Part shown: one piece after another, positions 17,501-26,879 of the stretch
Layout: every line of letters begins with the position of its first letter
Position numbering within the stretch: position 1 is the stretch's first letter
From: a virus
Lineage: Duplodnaviria > Caudoviricetes
DNA length: 38,460 nucleotides
Direction: 5' to 3' (one strand)
IMG/VR virus record: IMGVR_UViG_3300029142_000015
Coordinates: 1 to 38,460 of that record
Program-made: the position numbers and the translations under genes
Notes under the pieces: generated by a model
Databases searched by the model: none
What the model saw: only the letters and a program-made list of their open reading frames with translations
What the model was told of the DNA's origin: nothing

Positions 17501-20334
17501 TGGGTTTAACTCCAGAACAAATAGAAAAGCTACGGTCACGCACTAGCGCCCCTGCAGTAGGTGGTGGGTTGACTCCGGAGCAGCTACAAGCTCTTCAAAC
17601 GGGTCAGCCTACTGCAAAAGTACGTGGTGACATTTTTAGCGGTGGTACCTTTAGTGACATACTCGATGTACTCCAAATCCCGCAGTTCGCTGTTACGGGA
17701 GCTTTAACACCCGGTGTAACAGCAAAAGAAGCAGTGCAACAACGCTTGGCACCCGGTGAAGCCTTGGGCATCAAATCTGGTTTTGGCCGTTTCGCTGCAG
17801 ACGTCATTTTGGACCCATTGAACATTGTAGGTGTTGGAGCCGTGACTAAACTCGGTAAAGGTGCTCAGGCAGCCGGTAAAGCAGCAGCCACGCTTGGGGC
17901 AGCAGCGAAAGCAGGTGAGCGATCTTTGCTAACCTTGGCAGGACGATCTATTGTCCCACGCGCACTAGACGAAGCGGTGTTTGGTGGTGTAACTAAATTC
18001 GCCAACAAGCTAAAACAAAATCCAGCGTTAAACGTGGCGGCTAAATCTTTTGGACAAGCTGGAGCAGCGGCAACAGGTAAAATAGACGATATTGAGCGTA
18101 TTGCAACGGGGCAAAAACTCGTAACTGCAGAAAAGTTAAAGGCTAGTGGAGTGCAGCAAATCATGACCGAGCAATTTGTAAATCAAGCTCGTAAATTGCG
18201 AAAACAGGCGGACGAGCTCATCGACGCTGGTACAGTTACAAGAAAACAATACGAAGACATCGTAGAAAAAATAGCAAACCCACGTAGTAGTATTAAAATT
18301 GCACCGGAGTTACAAAGTACATTTAAAACGTTTAAAAGTCAGATTGACTCTTTGAACAAAGGTTTTACTCGTTTAACCGGAGGCACAAAGCTAGACGGAA
18401 AGCGAGTAAAAAACATTTTAACACCTGCAGCCCGTGAGGCAATTGTGAAGCCAAAAGGTTTTCGGGGTGGTGCTCGTCAAGTAGGTGGTGCGGTAGGCAG
18501 CGAACAATTTGCAACCAAGGTTGGCTTTAAATCGCTAGACGCAGCCACAGACGCAACGCCTATATTTGGTGAAATGTCAGGTAAGACAGCTGCAAAGCTG
18601 CAAGATGGTACAAATTTGAAGAGGGTTAAGTTTGGCCCCACTGAACAGTTCTATGCGACGACACGTGTTGCTGAACAGGTGGATTTATTGAAGGCTAGAG
18701 CGAAGGTAAACGGCTGGTCTGCTGAGAAGCTTGGTGGCGAATTACAAGCTCTTAAACGAGAAGTCAGCGGAGAGTTATACCAACGGTCAGCCATGTCCCC
18801 ACGACAGATTAATGCTGCATTGGCGGGACGGGCAACCAAGTTTAGCGAGGATCCTGCTGCAATCCTAGCCGCACAAGGTGGCGACATTGCTAAGTTACGT
18901 GCTCGATCTAATTTCGTCAAGGGAATTGCAAAACACGTCGATGCAGGAAAGTTTGGACGTAAGGTAGAGGCTGGAGCGCCGGTACCTGAAGGTTTTGCGC
19001 GAAGTAAAATTAAAGGACTGGAGAATTACGCGTTCCCCGAAGAACTTGTTGGACACATGGACAAAACGTTTAAAGCGTTTTCTAATATAGAAGAGGTAAA
19101 TGCTTTTGTGCAAGCGTATGACAAGTTATTGAACTTATGGAAGGGGACAGCAACATTTGCGAATATTGCGTTCCACACACGTAACTCTGTTTCCAATCAC
19201 TGGCAACTATGGTTAGCTGGAATGACGAATCCAGCGGCACACACACGTGGTTACCGCATTGGGGCGCAAGTTACAAAAGCGCTTAAAGAAGGCGCCAATC
19301 CTACAAAATACGTTACACCTAAATACAAAAAGTACGTAGACGAATTCTTAAACGATCAAGGGTTGCGTTCGACAGGTGCGTTCAGTACGGATATTGACAA
19401 GTCCGTATCACGGCTCCAGGAGAACTTTGTGTTTGAACTGGGTGGTGCTGCCGGAGAGTGGCTTGAAAACGGTGCGAAAATGTCACTTTACTTGGACCGT
19501 CGCTTAAAAGGCTTTACCAAGGATGCAGCCGGCATGGACGTGCGGAAGTATTTGTTCGACTACAGTGACTTGAGTGATTTCGAGCGCAACGTTATGAAAC
19601 GTTTCTTCCCGTTCTACACGTGGACTAGAAAGAACATCCCGCTACAGGTAGCGATGTTGATCGATGACCCAACTCGTGTAAATGTGATTGGAAAGGCTAA
19701 AACGGCAATCGAGGCAACACGTGGAACAGAGCCAATGGACGAATCTTTGCTACCAGAATGGCTGCGTGAAGCCTACCCTATTTACCTTGGAACGGATCCA
19801 AGCGGACTGCAGCGCTTCTTAAAGTTAGAAGGATTCTTACCAACAGTCGACCTAAATAAGATTGGCCGTCCAGGCGAGGTCCCATTTGAGCAACTATCAC
19901 CAATTATTAAAACACCAATGGAGCTCGTAGCTAACTACGATTTCTTCTTTGAGCGTGAAATTGAGCGGTTCGAAGGGCAAAAAGAATTTCGTGGGTTAGT
20001 GCCATTCACGGACCAGGGTGTGGAGATCGGGGCAAAAGCTAATAAGTTGCTGGACTTAATACGTCCGCTCAGCGAATTAGAAAAGCTTACCGTAGATCCA
20101 AACGATCGTTTGCAGCCTACTGAAATAGAACGACTACTAAATGTGTTCATTGGTAAGACTTCGCAGCTCAGCGAGCAAAAACAAAAGGACGTGTTCGACT
20201 ACATCCAGGCAAAAACAGAAAGCAATATCAAATCAGACATCGAAGCAGCGCGTAAACGAGGACGAACCGCCGAAGTACGACGTTTGCAAGAACTATTACG
20301 AGAAACAGAAAAAGGAAAGGGTATTACACTTTAA
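17500..20334 (+). CDS. Large internal virion/ejection protein
   Basis: 944 aa; DVILDPLN, FHTRN, FDYSDLS.FE...KRFFPFYTW.RKN, PEW motifs typical of podovirus ejection proteins. Confidence 0.7.
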   Translation: MGLTPEQIEKLRSRTSAPAVGGGLTPEQLQALQTGQPTAKVRGDIFSGGTFSDILDVLQIPQFAVTGALTPGVTAKEAVQQRLAPGEALGIKSGFGRFAADVILDPLNIVGVGAVTKLGKGAQAAGKAAATLGAAAKAGERSLLTLAGRSIVPRALDEAVFGGVTKFANKLKQNPALNVAAKSFGQAGAAATGKIDDIERIATGQKLVTAEKLKASGVQQIMTEQFVNQARKLRKQADELIDAGTVTRKQYEDIVEKIANPRSSIKIAPELQSTFKTFKSQIDSLNKGFTRLTGGTKLDGKRVKNILTPAAREAIVKPKGFRGGARQVGGAVGSEQFATKVGFKSLDAATDATPIFGEMSGKTAAKLQDGTNLKRVKFGPTEQFYATTRVAEQVDLLKARAKVNGWSAEKLGGELQALKREVSGELYQRSAMSPRQINAALAGRATKFSEDPAAILAAQGGDIAKLRARSNFVKGIAKHVDAGKFGRKVEAGAPVPEGFARSKIKGLENYAFPEELVGHMDKTFKAFSNIEEVNAFVQAYDKLLNLWKGTATFANIAFHTRNSVSNHWQLWLAGMTNPAAHTRGYRIGAQVTKALKEGANPTKYVTPKYKKYVDEFLNDQGLRSTGAFSTDIDKSVSRLQENFVFELGGAAGEWLENGAKMSLYLDRRLKGFTKDAAGMDVRKYLFDYSDLSDFERNVMKRFFPFYTWTRKNIPLQVAMLIDDPTRVNVIGKAKTAIEATRGTEPMDESLLPEWLREAYPIYLGTDPSGLQRFLKLEGFLPTVDLNKIGRPGEVPFEQLSPIIKTPMELVANYDFFFEREIERFEGQKEFRGLVPFTDQGVEIGAKANKLLDLIRPLSELEKLTVDPNDRLQPTEIERLLNVFIGKTSQLSEQKQKDVFDYIQAKTESNIKSDIEAARKRGRTAEVRRLQELLRETEKGKGITL

Positions 20335-20347
20335 CCCGCTACACAAA

Positions 20348-20566
20348 ATGGCAGCAGACAAGCAAGTTTACAAAACGTTAGGGTCTCACGAAGCAACTAT
20401 TGGGACGCTGGGCAAAGACATGGCTTCGGTCAAAAAAGACGTAAAAAAGCTTTATAGGTTTTTATTACTCAATATCGGTGTTAGCGCTGTTGGCGTTGTG
20501 CCGGGCGAACAAGGAGGTGCAAGTACGCTGCTTTCCTTGTTGCGCGAATTATTTACTATAGCATAA
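20348..20566 (+). CDS. Small coiled-coil plus transmembrane protein (lysis accessory?)
   Basis: Likely start MAADKQ at 20348; hydrophobic FLLLNIGVSAVGVV; precedes the lysin. Confidence 0.55.
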   Translation: MAADKQVYKTLGSHEATIGTLGKDMASVKKDVKKLYRFLLLNIGVSAVGVVPGEQGGASTLLSLLRELFTIA

Positions 20567-20568
20567 TT

Positions 20569-21219
20569 ATGGAAACTACAAAACGAGCGGTTGTGCCAAT
20601 GGCCTACGACACACCGTTAACTGGATTGGACTGGCTAGAATATTACAGCAAGCACGACGTTTACCACCCTGGTGTGGACTTAAATCGCGGTTACGGGAAT
20701 CAAGACCTGGGTGATCCGGTCTATGCTTTAACCGATGGAATCGTAGAATACGTGGCCCCTTACGCTCACAATGGCGGATTTGGGCACTTTATTGTACTTC
20801 ACCATCCAGCGCACAATCGATGGACTAGATACGCGCATTTGGACAAATACACGGTCAAGCGTGGGGATATGGTTGTAGCTGGTCAGCAAATCGCAACCAA
20901 CGGCAACTCCGGTACAACGTACGCTCACGTGCATCTCGAAGGATGGCTGCCAAATGCGTATGCGGTGCAAAAGGAAAACAATTACCGCTTCTACCCAACT
21001 GGATGGTCGAAAGACAAAGTGCAAGAATACTACTTTAATCCGCTAGAATGGATCGAAGAACTCAATAACGTACCAGGGTGGCAGCTTGAGCTAGAAGAAT
21101 GGGCTGCAGCGTATTTGCACGAGGTACCGGGCTTCCTGCGCATGGTCGGTCCTGGAGCACACCGCATTCTAGCGCTTATGAAACGTGTACACAATAACGA
21201 AACTATAACAAATGCCTAA
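20569..21219 (+). CDS. M23 family peptidase (endolysin)
   Basis: HPGVD, YAHL, GQQIA..GNSG, HVHLE zinc motifs. Confidence 0.9.
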   Translation: METTKRAVVPMAYDTPLTGLDWLEYYSKHDVYHPGVDLNRGYGNQDLGDPVYALTDGIVEYVAPYAHNGGFGHFIVLHHPAHNRWTRYAHLDKYTVKRGDMVVAGQQIATNGNSGTTYAHVHLEGWLPNAYAVQKENNYRFYPTGWSKDKVQEYYFNPLEWIEELNNVPGWQLELEEWAAAYLHEVPGFLRMVGPGAHRILALMKRVHNNETITNA

Positions 21220-21319
21220 ACGAAAACGCACCCGCAAAAGCATGCGTAACGCAACACCAAGTAAATCAAATAAAAAGAAAATAAAAAACACTAAACGTTC
21301 TAAATCATATTACACCTAA
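21212..21319 (+). CDS. Highly basic 35-aa peptide (not in ORF track)
   Basis: MPKRKRTRKSMRNATPSKSNKKKIKNTKRSKSYYT; overlaps the lysin stop. Confidence 0.5.
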   Translation: MPKRKRTRKSMRNATPSKSNKKKIKNTKRSKSYYT

Positions 21320-21323
21320 ACTT

Positions 21324-21488
21324 ATGGGAATCACACGCAAAGGCGCAATGCACGCCAAAACAACTATTTCACCTAAGCCGAGCCTACCTGGTAAGAGCTA
21401 CGGCGTAAAGGCGAACAGCACGAAAGGGCTCAAAAGCATGAGCTCCAACGTACCTAGTAATTTAACCGCACCAAAATGGCGAAAGTAA
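21324..21488 (+). CDS. Basic 54-aa peptide (not in ORF track)
   Basis: MGITRKGAMHAK...APKWRK, no acidic residues; fills the gap to the holin. Confidence 0.5.
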   Translation: MGITRKGAMHAKTTISPKPSLPGKSYGVKANSTKGLKSMSSNVPSNLTAPKWRK

Positions 21489-21679
21489 CCAACACAAAAC
21501 CATGGTGGGACTCAAAGACAATCCGTTTTATGGTGGCCGTAGCGGCTGCCGGAGGTCTTGACTTGATCAACCAATGGATAAATGCGGGGGCAACAGATTG
21601 GCGCAGTATTGCGCTTTTGTGTACGGGACTTGCGGGTATCGCACTTAGACTCTTAACCTACGAACCCCTTGGTCAATAA
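21476..21679 (+). CDS. Holin
   Basis: 67 aa; KPWWDSKTI then two hydrophobic helices; near the lysin. Confidence 0.65.
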   Translation: MAKVTNTKPWWDSKTIRFMVAVAAAGGLDLINQWINAGATDWRSIALLCTGLAGIALRLLTYEPLGQ

Positions 21680-21929
21680 AGCTGGATCGCGAAAAGCGGC
21701 GTACGATAAAAAGTACAACGCACGCCCAAAGCAAAAGAAAAACCGTGCTAAGCGAAATGCAGCACGACGTAAATTGATGCGAGAGGGGCGTGTACGAAAA
21801 GGTGACGGAAAAGACGTAGATCACCGCAAACCGTTGTCACGTGGAGGCTCGAACAAACGTTCTAATCTGCGAGTAATGTCGGCAAAAGCCAATAGAGCAC
21901 GTAAAACGGCAAAGCGACGTAAGCCGTAA
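21669..21929 (+). CDS. Small HNH endonuclease
   Basis: DVDHRKPLSRGGSN..SNLR......NR. Confidence 0.8.
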   Translation: MVNKAGSRKAAYDKKYNARPKQKKNRAKRNAARRKLMREGRVRKGDGKDVDHRKPLSRGGSNKRSNLRVMSAKANRARKTAKRRKP

Positions 21930-21968
21930 GTTGCAGCAGCACGTCGAGCAACGCACCTGAAATACACC

Positions 21969-22026
21969 AAAAAAGCGTGTACCCGAACGCTAGACTTTCT
22001 CTAACACGCTGGGCAGCGCTTTTTTT
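21969..22026. terminator. Bidirectional terminator at the convergence of both arms
   Basis: AAAAAAGCG...CGCTTTTTTT enclosing an imperfect stem, between convergent genes. Confidence 0.6.
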
Positions 22027-22052
22027 AACGTTTGTGCGTATTTAATCGGAAT

Positions 22053-22172
22053 TTAGAATCTAAAAAGGGGATCGCTGGAATAGCGAGTAAAGATGTTGCC
22101 AATCACAAAGGTGAGTGAGCCTAACGTCAAAAACGGTAGTGCTAAAAGTAAATTTTTAGTGCGTGTTTTCAT
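22053..22172 (-). CDS. Small membrane protein (39 aa)
   Basis: MKTRTKNLLLALPFLTLGSLTFVIG...; this ATG is preferred over the track start. Confidence 0.45.
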   Translation of the reverse strand: MKTRTKNLLLALPFLTLGSLTFVIGNIFTRYSSDPLFRF

Positions 22173-22189
22173 TTTGAGGGGTTTAAGTG

Positions 22190-22423
22190 TTATTGGGGTG
22201 AAGTTACGTCCAGTAGGCCACACTGTAATATAGGAAGCCACCTTTTGATGTTTTCTCTGCGCTTCCACGCACGATAACGCCTTGCGTCACGTTCATCTGC
22301 CAGCATCTGGCACGTCTCACGAGAAACAGGCTCACTGCACCCTTGATTGCACGAAAACATTAACGTCATAGGGTCGCAGTCAGATCTTTGTCCACACTTT
22401 TTACAGAATACATCTAGACTCAT
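22190..22423 (-). CDS. Cys-rich (zinc-ribbon-like) protein
   Basis: CKKC...CNQGC. Confidence 0.55.
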   Translation of the reverse strand: MSLDVFCKKCGQRSDCDPMTLMFSCNQGCSEPVSRETCQMLADERDARRYRAWKRRENIKRWLPILQCGLLDVTSPQ

Positions 22424-22459
22424 AATAATTAATTGTTAGTGCCGTGGGCGGTTAAAGGT

Positions 22460-22843
22460 TTACTCCAGCTCGAGATCAACGTCAGGAATAATAGTTTGTG
22501 GCTTGAAGATCACACGGTAGTGGTATTCGTCCACATTGGCAGCGTCAAGTTGTTCCGCAAAGTAGGTCACGTTGTCCGAAAGTCCGAGGAAATGTTTTTT
22601 ATATTGATTTTCTGCGGTTTTGCATGTGACAGAAAGTCTCCCAGTACTATCATAATTGCCAAGCGAACATCGCCCAGTAAGCTCAAGAATGTACTCGCCA
22701 GTAATTCCGTTGTAAAAGACAATACGTCTGGTGATTTCAAATTGATCAGCTGCTTTTGAGAGGTTGCTGGATGCAATATCAGCGTCTGAACATCCTGTTA
22801 GGACGACAGCAAGTACCGAGAAAGTGAGAAGTAATTTTTTCAT
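22460..22843 (-). CDS. Phage lipoprotein of unknown function
   Basis: Signal peptide with lipobox LTGC; RRIVFYNGITG motif that I recognise from other phage lipoproteins. Confidence 0.8.
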   Translation of the reverse strand: MKKLLLTFSVLAVVLTGCSDADIASSNLSKAADQFEITRRIVFYNGITGEYILELTGRCSLGNYDSTGRLSVTCKTAENQYKKHFLGLSDNVTYFAEQLDAANVDEYHYRVIFKPQTIIPDVDLELE

Positions 22844-22879
22844 TCCTTATAAGTGTTAGGCCACAAAGGGCGAATTAAA

Positions 22880-23320
22880 TTAGTCTCCCCACCGATCATT
22901 TTGAATTTTCTCTGTGGGAAGTGGCCAAAGATCATTCTCCAGCAAATATTCAGCTAGGGCGGAGAATGCAGCAAGAGCTGTTTTGCCTGACGCTGAAAGA
23001 TCGCATCTTTTGAGCTGCCTATAGAGCGGATAATAATTCCCATTAAATGTTTCCATGTGAAGGGGGCAGTCCTCTCCGTCTAATCTCATATTCTTTGGCA
23101 TCACCTCGATCAACTCGGCAAGGGTGAGGGCTGGGATTTGATGCTCGTAGCAGCAGTAAGCTGGGTATTCTGTCCAGTTATATCCTGCTGTGTGCACACA
23201 CTCCCATTCGCCATCGCCTTCATTCACCCATTTGAAAAGCACCTCTAAATCTTTCGTCACCCCCTTCTCAAAGAGCGCTTTTGATAGCTGCAAGTCAGTT
23301 ACTAATGTTTCTAGGTTCAT
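22880..23320 (-). CDS. Hypothetical protein
   Basis: 146 aa; VTDLQLSKAL...PALTLAELIE. Confidence 0.7.
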   Translation of the reverse strand: MNLETLVTDLQLSKALFEKGVTKDLEVLFKWVNEGDGEWECVHTAGYNWTEYPAYCCYEHQIPALTLAELIEVMPKNMRLDGEDCPLHMETFNGNYYPLYRQLKRCDLSASGKTALAAFSALAEYLLENDLWPLPTEKIQNDRWGD

Positions 23321-23460
23321 TGCTTTTTAATGTTATCAAGATATTTAGCCAGCCCATGCTCTGAAATGTAGAGGCGTGCCTCGCGCTCTTCTTTGTAGGC
23401 TTGCCACATAGCATAGAGAAACATCGGTATCGGCTTAATGTAGTTATCAATCAGCTTCAT
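23317..23460 (-). CDS. Hypothetical 47-aa protein (not in ORF track)
   Basis: MKLIDNYIKP...NIKKQ; overlaps both neighbours. Confidence 0.5.
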   Translation of the reverse strand: MKLIDNYIKPIPMFLYAMWQAYKEEREARLYISEHGLAKYLDNIKKQ

Positions 23461-23770
23461 CTTTTTGGGGTAGTTTGGATTTGAGGAGTTCTCGTACTTT
23501 CTTCAATGCCTTGTTGAATCCTACATTTTGCGGTTCTGGCGTGTGAGTAATGCCCGAGAAACCAGCACGAGACATGTGGGATTCTGGTCTGGAGTGCGGA
23601 AGTTCCAAGCAAATTTCATTTATCACCTCCTCCCTCACATGCTGCTTTGTTTTATGTTCTATTTTGGCGATGAAGGCTTTGATCTGCCTGTCTTTGAAAT
23701 TCCGTGGCAAATCCCAGAAAAGCCATTCTGCATCAAACTCATCCTCCCACCAGTGTTTTTGATTAGTCAT
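23447..23770 (-). CDS. Hypothetical protein
   Basis: 107 aa in the operon. Confidence 0.65.
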   Translation of the reverse strand: MTNQKHWWEDEFDAEWLFWDLPRNFKDRQIKAFIAKIEHKTKQHVREEVINEICLELPHSRPESHMSRAGFSGITHTPEPQNVGFNKALKKVRELLKSKLPQKDEAD

Positions 23771-23782
23771 TCGGCTTAGTTG

Positions 23783-23953
23783 TTAAATAGTCCCTTTACC
23801 CTTCCAGCCTTGAATCTCCTCTCCGAACAAAACCTTTTCATTGTTATGGCCACAGAGAATACCATCCGTGTGTACTTCGTGAACCTTTTTCCAGAGGCCT
23901 TCGTGACAAATTTTTTCACCTGCCTCCACATCTTTCCAAAGTTTGTGCTTCAT
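23783..23953 (-). CDS. Hypothetical 56-aa protein (not in ORF track)
   Basis: MKHKLWKDVEAGEKICHEG...KGTI; ATGA coupling. Confidence 0.55.
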   Translation of the reverse strand: MKHKLWKDVEAGEKICHEGLWKKVHEVHTDGILCGHNNEKVLFGEEIQGWKGKGTI

Positions 23954-24102
23954 TGGTTCAGGATTAAAATATGCCTACACTTCTTACACACGGTTTCCGT
24001 GCGCCATTCCCCATCTGAAAAGCCTTCGGAGGGCTTTGTAGGCCTACCATCGGTGTAGTGGTTGTTTACACGGTGGTAGTCGTGTCTGATCTCACAAGTC
24101 AT
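23950..24102 (-). CDS. Hypothetical 50-aa protein with CxxC (not in ORF track)
   Basis: MTCEIRHDY...VCKKCRHILILNQ; ATGA overlaps at both ends. Confidence 0.6.
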   Translation of the reverse strand: MTCEIRHDYHRVNNHYTDGRPTKPSEGFSDGEWRTETVCKKCRHILILNQ

Positions 24103-24785
24103 CGCCCTTTAACGTTAGGATATAAGTCTGCAACCAAGTCGCTCTGGTAAAGTTCTTTCGTGTCAACGTTCATCATGCTCAACACGCCTTCCCAGCCTCC
24201 ACCGGTATCCATAAGCCATACATGCTCGTGATTGATCGGTTGCGGTGAAATGGAGTGAACCGACGTGTGGCCTATGTAAATTTCGTCCCACTTACGCCAA
24301 GGTTGAACTGTTTTCTTGTTCACAGCGCGCATAGCCAAAGCACGGTCCCACATTAAGTAGCGTGGCTTGTTCTTTTCTAACGAAATACTGGGGTCCACGC
24401 CTCCGTGTACAAACAAACGATTGCGCGAGTCCAAGTAACGATATACACCCTTGGACCAAAATTCGTCACGATGCTTAGCGATTAAGTCACCCCGACGTAC
24501 GTAGGCGTCAATTGTAGCTTGCCCGCCTTGTTCCGTCCAAATAAGTGGCCGTTGGCCGTGGGTCATCCAGTCTATGCACCATTGGTCATGATTTCCAATA
24601 AGTAGCGTTAAGTTTTTAATGTGTATCAGCTCTTCAACACATTCCGGTGTTTCGGGCCACCCGTCAACCACGTCACCTAGGGCAATCAGGTGGTCGTGTT
24701 CGTAATCGAAATCCGCACGTTCCAAGCACTGCTTAAGCGCCCGGTGTGCTCCGTGAATGTCGCCGATTACGAAGGTTCGCGGCAT
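24099..24785 (-). CDS. Calcineurin-like metallophosphoesterase (lambda NinI/PPP-like)
   Basis: GDIHG, GDVVD, GNHD, HGG, GHT, DTG motifs. Confidence 0.9.
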   Translation of the reverse strand: MPRTFVIGDIHGAHRALKQCLERADFDYEHDHLIALGDVVDGWPETPECVEELIHIKNLTLLIGNHDQWCIDWMTHGQRPLIWTEQGGQATIDAYVRRGDLIAKHRDEFWSKGVYRYLDSRNRLFVHGGVDPSISLEKNKPRYLMWDRALAMRAVNKKTVQPWRKWDEIYIGHTSVHSISPQPINHEHVWLMDTGGGWEGVLSMMNVDTKELYQSDLVADLYPNVKGR

Positions 24786-24797
24786 GAGTGGTGGAGG

Positions 24798-24947
24798 TTA
24801 ACGAATATGATATGGCCCTAGGCCAGCCGAATGCTCTACGGCGCCCGGCCCGAACACAATACGACGACTTGGAGCACATGAGTATTTCCGTTGCTCCAAA
24901 CGCTCAATACGTTCTTCCAACCCCTTAATTCTTTGCTCTATATTCAT
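24798..24947 (-). CDS. Hypothetical 49-aa coiled-coil protein (not in ORF track)
   Basis: MNIEQRIKGLEERIERLEQR...; fills the gap exactly. Confidence 0.55.
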   Translation of the reverse strand: MNIEQRIKGLEERIERLEQRKYSCAPSRRIVFGPGAVEHSAGLGPYHIR

Positions 24948-24950
24948 AGC

Positions 24951-25295
24951 TTAATCTAATTTCAATCGCCCCCAAAGTCCTTGCACTTGCGCAACGGTGA
25001 CCTGGATTGGTTCCGTATCTTCTTCTGGCCCCGCCCACGTGGACTCGCCTTTTATGTAGGCGTCCGCTAGGTCACGTATAATTCGCAATGACTCAAAATC
25101 ACCTTCTGTGATAAATGGAAAATAGCCCTCGCAAGCCAAACGTAAAGCGCGGACCGCAAGATCGTATTGGCGAACTGCTTCTGCGCGTGACTCATACATG
25201 TCCGGGTGATCATGCATTAACTTACGGATTTCCTTGGCTAATGCCAACGCTTCCGCTGGAGTTTCTAAAGTGCTGGATTGGTTTACGCTGTCCAT
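24951..25295 (-). CDS. Hypothetical protein
   Basis: 114 aa in the operon. Confidence 0.65.
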   Translation of the reverse strand: MDSVNQSSTLETPAEALALAKEIRKLMHDHPDMYESRAEAVRQYDLAVRALRLACEGYFPFITEGDFESLRIIRDLADAYIKGESTWAGPEEDTEPIQVTVAQVQGLWGRLKLD

Positions 25296-25528
25296 TTTGG
25301 ATTGGGGTTAGAAGGTAGCATGCGCTGTATGCGCTTATGTGTTATGGCACGTTGCTCGTTTGCAGTATGCAGTGTAGCCGGATATGGTTCGTGCCCATCG
25401 ATCACAACTAAGTGTTCGTGTGGCTGCGCATGTTTATTTATGTGTTGTATAATGGCCAGAGACTCTGTTAGCTTGTCTAAGTCCGGCTCTGCGTCGAAAA
25501 AGTCGTCTGTCGGAAAATTTATTGGCAT
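25283..25528 (-). CDS. Hypothetical protein
   Basis: 81 aa, overlapping neighbours. Confidence 0.6.
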   Translation of the reverse strand: MPINFPTDDFFDAEPDLDKLTESLAIIQHINKHAQPHEHLVVIDGHEPYPATLHTANEQRAITHKRIQRMLPSNPNPKWTA

Positions 25529-25827
25529 ACGTTAGAATTTAATTGATTTATTTTAGTTCTAAGGCGCTTAATTTCCTCCAGCTGAACTCTAGGCCGTTTT
25601 GGCATCACATCGGCTGCAAACATCGTTAAAGGCTCAATGCAGGGCTTTACGCATTTTGCGTCCAAAACTGCGCCTGTTTTTACAAGATATGCTTCTACCG
25701 ATAAAAAAGGAAGCGTTTGTATTACTTCATTGCGCATCCAGGGCACGCCTGGAGTACATCGGCACTTTGCCGCGTGCCCAACAAAGCGCACTTGCTTAGC
25801 GAGTCCAGGTCGAGTGGTGTTTGACAT
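25519..25827 (-). CDS. Hypothetical protein
   Basis: 102 aa, four Cys; TTTACCACAACT leader. Confidence 0.6.
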   Translation of the reverse strand: MSNTTRPGLAKQVRFVGHAAKCRCTPGVPWMRNEVIQTLPFLSVEAYLVKTGAVLDAKCVKPCIEPLTMFAADVMPKRPRVQLEEIKRLRTKINQLNSNVCQ

Positions 25828-25876
25828 TGTAAGTTGTGGTAAATCAACTACACCCTAACTTACGTGTGAAACAAAG

Positions 25877-26371
25877 TCAAGTGGTTCCATAGTTAATGGA
25901 CCTACCATATACGGCCAAGCAGAACGCATCTGTCAAGCCGTCATGGTCCTTGGTGCACCGCTCGCTTTTACGCCAGTCTACGCTGGGCTGCATTTTCTTT
26001 GCGTATGCAATTGAGGCTACCTTAGTGTCCGTGTAAGTCGTTCCTTTGAAAAGGTGGCGCTGCCAATCCTTGGGGGACGCAATGAAGCGTGGTAGCTGCA
26101 AAGCGGCGCAAATACCTTCCATCGCTCCGAGACAGCCGGCCAACGACAACACCGAGCGCTTACTGATTTGTGGCGTAACAAATACTTTTTCCAGGGTCAC
26201 CAACACAGGGCGGAATTGTTCCAATAGCGCAGCCACACGTGGGTAATCGTACTCGGGGCGCTTTGATCCAAAAACAGGCATCACCTCTTTGTGCACCACC
26301 GAGTTACTATCATCAACTACGACTACGCCACCTTGCTTACCATTGTCGATTCCTGCGTAGTAATTAGACAT
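25877..26371 (-). CDS. RuvC-like Holliday junction resolvase
   Basis: AGIDNGKQGG, TLE, P..WQ, DGLTDAFCLA.YG. Confidence 0.85.
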   Translation of the reverse strand: MSNYYAGIDNGKQGGVVVVDDSNSVVHKEVMPVFGSKRPEYDYPRVAALLEQFRPVLVTLEKVFVTPQISKRSVLSLAGCLGAMEGICAALQLPRFIASPKDWQRHLFKGTTYTDTKVASIAYAKKMQPSVDWRKSERCTKDHDGLTDAFCLAVYGRSINYGTT

Positions 26372-26879
26372 CCTTCAACATTTCTAATACCTCTTCAAGC
26401 ACAGCGACTTGTGCGTGCTTGAAGAACCCAGTGCGAGTGTGGTCTTCACTGGGGCCAGATCCGTGGATACCTTCTTTTGCAAGAGCGATCAGTGACTGTT
26501 CATCATACCCACGAATAATCAGCTCTCGACACGCTTTCGTCATCGCCCCTAATGCATCTAAAGTAGCGCGCAAGCGGCGTTTTTGCGCTGGAGTCGCGGC
26601 TGCGTCAAAGATATCTAATTCGTCACGCATATGCTTCCCAAGCGTACTGTTGGCTTTGATGCGATCCATTGTGTCGAAGAAATTCTTTGCAGCCACAGAG
26701 CTCGCGACGTTAAATTGGCAAGTTCGCCCCGGCTTGGGCTCAACGAGTTCGATGGCTTCATCCTTTCGGTCTGCATCGTCAATTGACATTTGTTGCTCGA
26801 CGATAAGTGAAGCTTGGGCATCGGCAATGTCCTGGAGGATTTGCACCGCCTCTACATCTAGGAAGTGTTGTATGTTCAT
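26364..26879 (-). CDS. Hypothetical protein
   Basis: 171 aa, coupled to neighbours. Confidence 0.7.
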   Translation of the reverse strand: MNIQHFLDVEAVQILQDIADAQASLIVEQQMSIDDADRKDEAIELVEPKPGRTCQFNVASSVAAKNFFDTMDRIKANSTLGKHMRDELDIFDAAATPAQKRRLRATLDALGAMTKACRELIIRGYDEQSLIALAKEGIHGSGPSEDHTRTGFFKHAQVAVLEEVLEMLKDV

